In this document: positions 27,742 through 32,000 of the stretch, piece after piece | Layout: every line of letters begins with the position of its first letter | How positions within the stretch are numbered: position 1 is the stretch's first letter | Assembly: GCF_001465295.1 (NCBI RefSeq) | Contig: NZ_CP011034.1 | Span: 810,001 to 842,000, forward strand | Source: Pseudoalteromonas translucida KMM 520 | GTDB taxonomy: Bacteria > Pseudomonadota > Gammaproteobacteria > Enterobacterales > Alteromonadaceae | Length of the DNA stretch: 32,000 nucleotides | Direction of reading: 5' to 3' | Position numbers and translations under genes: made by a program | Notes under the pieces: generated by a model | Told to the model about the DNA's origin: nothing | Database searches by the model: none | Seen by the model: the letters and a program-made list of their open reading frames with translations, nothing else

Positions 27742-28200
27742 ATGCGAGTAATGCCATTACTTATCACGTTAGGATGCATAACTTTAAGCGGTTGTAGCAA
27801 TATGTTTGATAAGCACGTTGAATACAAATATGTAGAGCCAAACAACTACCCGGTATTAAAAGCCGTGGGTTATGCACCTATTAGCCTGCAGTCGGGTGTA
27901 AATAAGTCGCAAAAGCAGCTAATGGCTATTAAGGCTTCTAAGCTAGAAGCTTACCGAGAGCTTGCAGAGCAAGTGTATGGGCAACAAATTACCGCAGGTA
28001 CTACAGTTGCAGGTTCAATAGCACAAGACGATTACCTACAAAGCAAAGTGCAGGGCATTATTAAAGGCGCACAAGTTATAAAAGCCTACGCGGTAGACGA
28101 CACCTATATAACTGAGCTTGAACTAAACATGAAGCGCGTACACGACCTGTACATAGGCGAAATTAAACCCCGAGAAGTTAAAAAAGTAACTTATTATTAG
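27742..28200 (+). CDS. flgP: Flagellar lipoprotein FlgP (LPP20 family)
   Basis: 152 aa with lipobox TLSGC. LKAVGYAP......Q..LMAIKASKLEAYRELAEQVYG fits the LPP20/FlgP pattern. It is divergent from flgT, as in Vibrio. Confidence 0.7.
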   Translation: MRVMPLLITLGCITLSGCSNMFDKHVEYKYVEPNNYPVLKAVGYAPISLQSGVNKSQKQLMAIKASKLEAYRELAEQVYGQQITAGTTVAGSIAQDDYLQSKVQGIIKGAQVIKAYAVDDTYITELELNMKRVHDLYIGEIKPREVKKVTYY

Positions 28201-28252
28201 GGAGTCCATATAAGACTCTAGCTCCCCCTAAAAACGTTAGTAACTCTAAAAA

Positions 28253-28291
28253 CAAAAAAGCCCTAGCTGATTAACAGTTAGGGCTTTTTTA
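28253..28291. terminator. Bidirectional rho-independent terminator between flgP and flgN
   Basis: AGCCCTAGCTG / CAGTTAGGGCT 11-bp stem (one G-U pair), flanked by an A7 run and a T6 run. It lies between convergent genes. Confidence 0.8.
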
Positions 28292-28313
28292 TTATGTAGG
28301 ACGTTATTTTAAA

Positions 28314-28745
28314 TTAAGCTTTTAAATTACGCACCAAGTTATTATCGGTATTTATTACACTACCGGCTTGGTCGTAGGTCATAGAGGAGGGGGCACCAAT
28401 TAAAATATCTTTTAATTGCTTAACGCTTAATTGTGCTTGATGCGCTGCGTGGGCATTTACTTCATTTTGCTTTTGGCATTGCTCAAGCTTGCTGCGTATT
28501 AGTTTAATTAAATCGGTGATCTCGGTTGTTTGCTCATCGTTATTGGCAATCAACTTGTTGAGCTCTTTATCGAGGCTGCTTAGTGTGGTTAAAAAAGACA
28601 TTTTTTGTTGGGTAATTTCTTTTAAACCTTCACCACGGCGCGAGGCAATAGATGTTAGCTCGTCATTTAATAAAATATTAAGTGACTCTAAGCAATTGTG
28701 TTGCTCATTTAGTTTAATAGTAATTAAACTATTGTGATCAGCCAT
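28314..28745 (-). CDS. flgN: Flagellar export chaperone FlgN
   Basis: About 143 aa, helical and Gln/Leu-rich, directly downstream of flgM. The ATG at 28745 overlaps the flgM stop in the sequence ATGGCTGA, implying translational coupling. The track start at 28760 is an alternative. Confidence 0.72.
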   Translation of the reverse strand: MADHNSLITIKLNEQHNCLESLNILLNDELTSIASRRGEGLKEITQQKMSFLTTLSSLDKELNKLIANNDEQTTEITDLIKLIRSKLEQCQKQNEVNAHAAHQAQLSVKQLKDILIGAPSSMTYDQAGSVINTDNNLVRNLKA

Positions 28746-29058
28746 AAACGTTAAACTCAAATTCAGCTAGGTTTTTTGCAAGCTTTTCGCTGTCTATTTG
28801 GTATTTACCCTCAGTGATTGCTTTTTTAAGCTCTGCCACTTTATCGGTATCAAAACCAGGAGACTGCTGCGCTTTATCTTGCAGAGTTTTTAGCTGTTTA
28901 GCTTGCGGGGTTAAGCTTACAGAGTCGCTGGCAGCTTTAGGCGCCGAAGACTGTGCAGCTTGCGTATTTGCATTATCTCTTTGTATATCAACTTTTTGCT
29001 GTTTAGTGTTAGTTAACACATTTGCTTGTTGATTACCTTTATTAACTTGACCGACCAT
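28738..29058 (-). CDS. flgM: Anti-sigma-28 factor FlgM
   Basis: 106 aa with a Gln/Ala/Ser-rich disordered N-terminus. The C-terminus is DSVSLTPQAKQL...DTDKVAELKKAITEGKYQIDSEKLAKNL, typical of FlgM. Confidence 0.82.
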   Translation of the reverse strand: MVGQVNKGNQQANVLTNTKQQKVDIQRDNANTQAAQSSAPKAASDSVSLTPQAKQLKTLQDKAQQSPGFDTDKVAELKKAITEGKYQIDSEKLAKNLAEFEFNVYG

Positions 29059-29094
29059 AATAATAAACCTGTATATTACCCAACTAATGCCAAG

Positions 29095-29121
29095 TTATCG
29101 GCATATACATAAGATACTTTA
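29095..29121 (-). promoter_or_regulatory. Sigma28 (FliA) promoter for flgMN
   Basis: The minus strand reads TAAA-gtatcttatgtatat-GCCGATAA, an exact match to TAAA-N15-GCCGATAA. It lies between the flgA stop and the flgM start. Confidence 0.75.
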
Positions 29122-29134
29122 GTGTAAATTTAAA

Positions 29135-29842
29135 TTATATATTAACTTGCACAGACTCTACACCATCTACGCGTGCATTTAAAACTTTACCGGTTTTTTT
29201 GTTTTTTACTTTAACTTGCTCGCCAAGGCTGCCATCTTCAAGTGCGATACCGGTTGTTTTGACTTTTAAGCCCTTAATATTAGCATGAATATTTACAGCA
29301 TCGCCCTTACATACCATACATATTTGGCTCAATAAAAGTGGCATTCCGCTGCGTATATTTCGTTTACTACGGCTGCCTATTAATAATGCCGGGTTATCTA
29401 AATATTGTACTCTAATAAAGTGGCTTGGTCGCATTTCAATACTTAAATGCGCCGCAGTTATTACTTCGCCACGAGCTAAATTTACATTCGCAACTACAAC
29501 AGGGGCTGTTTCGGTCACTCTTACGTGTACATATTGAGCCCAGTTGTTAGTGTCGTTACATTTTATTTGTAATGTTACTTGGCGATTAAAAGGTGGATCG
29601 CTGGGGAGCAATAACTCAGGCTCTGAGTCGCAACTGCGATCGGGAGTACGCGGGTCGAGTGGTAACGCACTAAGCTGTACTTTGTTTTCATCGAGGTTGT
29701 TAATTTGCGCCGCAACGTGAGTTATGGCCATTTGTTGTAATATGTCTTTGCTAAATACTTTTGCCTCTAAAGGTAAAGTTAAACAGAGGCTAGTAAGAAC
29801 ATAAAAAACACTGTATCTTCTGATTTTTTTTAACAAACTCAT
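29135..29842 (-). CDS. flgA: Flagellar basal-body P-ring formation chaperone FlgA
   Basis: 235 aa with a signal peptide. The C-terminus GDAVNIHANIKGLKVKTTGIALEDGSLGEQVKVKNKKTGKVLNARV matches the FlgA pattern. flgA-flgM-flgN order is conserved. Confidence 0.82.
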   Translation of the reverse strand: MSLLKKIRRYSVFYVLTSLCLTLPLEAKVFSKDILQQMAITHVAAQINNLDENKVQLSALPLDPRTPDRSCDSEPELLLPSDPPFNRQVTLQIKCNDTNNWAQYVHVRVTETAPVVVANVNLARGEVITAAHLSIEMRPSHFIRVQYLDNPALLIGSRSKRNIRSGMPLLLSQICMVCKGDAVNIHANIKGLKVKTTGIALEDGSLGEQVKVKNKKTGKVLNARVDGVESVQVNI

Positions 29843-29980
29843 AATGTTTCGGCTATGCTTATAGGTTAAAACAGGGTATAAATATTTAGCGTCAAAAAGT
29901 AGACGCTCCCGTTGTATTATGTGACTTTATAAATTCAAAGCAATTATCGTTCCGTATAGTTTGTTTTTTAGGAGATTTGA

Positions 29981-30916
29981 ATGGCAGGTATTTTAGACTC
30001 AGTAAACCAACGAACCCAGTTGGTGGGACAAAACCGCTTAGAGCTACTACTATTTAAACTTAGAGGGCGTCAGCGTTTTGGGATTAATGTGTTTAAAGTC
30101 AGAGAGGTGCTGCAATGTCCTCCTCTTACTAATATGCCAAAATCAAATGCTTACATTCGTGGTGTTGCCCATATTCGCGGCCAAACTATTTCGGTTATCG
30201 ACCTTTCTATGGCTGTGGGTGGGCGTCCAATTGAAAATATTAAAGACAGTTTTATAATTATTGCTGAATATAATCGTACCGTTCAAGGCTTTTTAGTTGG
30301 CGGTGTCGAGCGTATTGTAAATATGAACTGGGAAAAAATAATGCCGCCGCCGCCAGGTGCAGGTCGTTATTCTTACTTAACTGCTGTAACTGAAATTGAA
30401 AACGAATTAGTTGAAATTTTAGATGTAGAAAAAATATTAAACGAAATTTGTCCCGTTAATACCGAAGTAAGTGCCGATGTTGCGGCTACACAAGGTGACA
30501 TTAAAAAAGATTTAGGCGAGCGAATTGTTTTTATTGCCGATGACTCAGCAGTAGCACGAAACCAAGTTAAGCGAGCATTAGAGCCACTAGGCGTTCAAAC
30601 AGAGCTTGCCAAAAATGGTAAAGAAGCACTTAAACGATTAAAAGAAATAGCCGAACACGACTGCGTAAACGATATTACAGAACGTGTAGGGTTACTTATT
30701 TCCGATGTAGAAATGCCTGAAATGGATGGCTATACATTAACCGCCGAAATAAAAGCCGACCCTAAATTGGCACCATTACATGTTATTTTACATACCTCGT
30801 TAAGTGGTGTTTTTAATCAGGCCATGGTTGAAAAAGTAGGTGCAGATGACTTTATTGCAAAATTTAATCCCGACGAACTCGCAACAGCAGTAAGAAAATG
30901 GGTTCATTGTGATTAA
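29981..30916 (+). CDS. cheV: Chemotaxis coupling protein CheV (CheW-like + receiver domain)
   Basis: 311 aa. The CheW-like N-terminus is FGINVFKVREVL...IRGVAHIRGQTISVIDL. The receiver domain is FIADDSAVARN...LISDVEMPEMDGYTL...K. Confidence 0.9.
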   Translation: MAGILDSVNQRTQLVGQNRLELLLFKLRGRQRFGINVFKVREVLQCPPLTNMPKSNAYIRGVAHIRGQTISVIDLSMAVGGRPIENIKDSFIIIAEYNRTVQGFLVGGVERIVNMNWEKIMPPPPGAGRYSYLTAVTEIENELVEILDVEKILNEICPVNTEVSADVAATQGDIKKDLGERIVFIADDSAVARNQVKRALEPLGVQTELAKNGKEALKRLKEIAEHDCVNDITERVGLLISDVEMPEMDGYTLTAEIKADPKLAPLHVILHTSLSGVFNQAMVEKVGADDFIAKFNPDELATAVRKWVHCD

Positions 30917-30936
30917 TAAACAGAGGTGTTATTGAT

Positions 30937-31766
30937 TTGAATAGTAAAGATTTACAGCAAAGTGAATACGATCAATTTCGCTTATTTTTAGAACAACAGT
31001 GCGGTATTGTATTGGGCGAAAACAAACAATACTTGGTTAAAAGCCGTTTAGCACCGTTAATGAAGCGATTTAATGTTGAGTCTTTGTCACAGCTAGTAAA
31101 TAAAACGTTGGGATTGCATGAGCGCCAATTACGCGCCGCAGTGGTTGATGCAATGACCACCAATGAAACCCTATGGTTTAGAGATCAATATCCGTTTGAG
31201 TTATTAAAAACTAAACTGTTTCCAGAGTTTAAAGGGCTTAACAGACCATTAAAAATATGGTCTGCGGCAAGTTCTTCTGGGCAAGAGCCATACTCTATTG
31301 CTATGTCGGTTGCTGAGTTTCAGGCAAGTTCTCCTGGGGTTTTACGCAGGGAGCGCAAATAGTGGCTACCGATATATCAAATACTATGCTGGATATGTGT
31401 AAACACGCAGAGTATGACGCGTTAGCACTAGCAAGAGGGCTCTCGGCCGAACGTCGTAAAAAGTTTTTTAAAGACAGCGGCAATGGCATGGCTCAAGTTA
31501 TCGACCCAATAAAAAAACAGGTTAACTTTAGACATCTTAATTTACTCGACTCATACGCGCTTATGGGCAAGTTTGATATTATATTTTGCCGCAATGTGTT
31601 GATTTACTTTGCACCAGAAGTAAAAGCAAAAATTATTGCGCAATTTTCTCAAGCACTTAATCCTAAAGGTTATTTACTTTTAGGGGCGTCGGAATCTATG
31701 AGCGGTTTAAGTAACGATTTTGATATGGTTAGATGTAACCCTGGTATTATTTATCAAAAGAAATAA
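30937..31766 (+). pseudogene. cheR: Chemotaxis methyltransferase CheR, interrupted by a 1-nt frameshift (as sequenced)
   Basis: The ORFs 30937-31362 (TTG start, CheR N-domain and SAM motif IWSAASSSGQEPYSIAM) and 31362-31766 (VATDIS...FCRNVLIYF...LLLGASE) are consecutive halves of one CheR in adjacent frames. Adding one G to the GGG run at 31349-31351 would read ...GVLRRGAQIVATDIS... and give about 276 aa. Confidence 0.8.
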
Positions 31767-31816
31767 CTGCAAGTATGGTGAAGTGCGAGCAGTTTGCACA
31801 CTTTAAGCATTATTTT

Positions 31817-31847
31817 AAACGACGCATCTAGCGTCGTTTTTCGTTTT
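31817..31847 (+). terminator. Rho-independent terminator after cheR
   Basis: AAACGACGC / GCGTCGTTT stem with loop ATCTA, then TTCGTTTT. Confidence 0.7.
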
Positions 31848-32000
31848 AGTGATCAGCAAGTAATTAGCTAAGCTTTGTATTACCAAGCACTGTTATTAGT
31901 TATAGCTTCGCACCTCCCCTTATTTAAAGCGCATTGTGCCAATATGTTTAAGCAAATATATCCACAAAAAGGTTATGAGACGCTGCGCTTTAGAGAAGAA

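Noticed and set aside
29843-29980. A search for sigma28 or sigma54 promoters upstream of cheV and flgA in their divergent spacer.
   Set aside because: Only poor partial matches were found, for example CAAAG...CCGTATAG with about 11-nt spacing. The 6-bp inverted repeat AGCGTC/GACGCT is present, but nothing meets consensus spacing.
31944-32000. A short open frame (MFKQIYPQKGYETLRFREE...) at the window edge. It could be the 5' end of the next flagellar gene, since flgB is expected after cheR by Vibrio synteny.
   Set aside because: Only 19 codons are visible. Similarity to the FlgB N-terminus is at best vague, and no clear SD or sigma54/sigma28 promoter lies upstream.

Overview
This is a chromosomal segment from a gammaproteobacterium. 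AT-rich composition and gene order fit a marine Alteromonadales/Vibrio-like organism, possibly Pseudoalteromonas, but that is inference only. There are four blocks. (1) 1-12.2 kb is conserved housekeeping synteny: relA (3' part)-mazG-pyrG-eno, mutH divergent from rppH-ptsP, then a TSUP permease, lgt, thyA and galU. (2) 12.2-21.6 kb is a ten-gene, same-strand locus in which every product is exported, and it is the most interesting part of the window. It encodes two lipoproteins with SPOR-like C-termini, two small DUF4402/spore-coat-U-like fibre subunits, a PapD-like periplasmic chaperone and a 996-aa usher-like outer-membrane protein. That usher-like protein carries extra beta-sandwich modules and its own SPOR-like tail. 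The locus ends with a third SPOR-like lipoprotein and three tandem paralogous FlgO-like lipoproteins. I do not recognise this combination as any described chaperone-usher class. (3) 21.6-26.4 kb holds tRNA-Arg(CCU), a DHH phosphoesterase, and an OxyR-type peroxide module: oxyR divergent from a Prx5-Grx hybrid peroxiredoxin plus a dihydrolipoamide-dehydrogenase-like flavoprotein. (4) 26.4-32 kb is the start of a Vibrio-type polar flagellar/chemotaxis region: flgT, flgP, flgN, flgM, flgA, cheV and cheR. It has recognisable sigma54 and sigma28 promoters, no flgO next to flgP, and a cheR split by a single-base frameshift. I saw no CRISPR arrays, IS elements, integrases or rRNA. All family assignments come from reading the translations by eye. 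No database searches were run.
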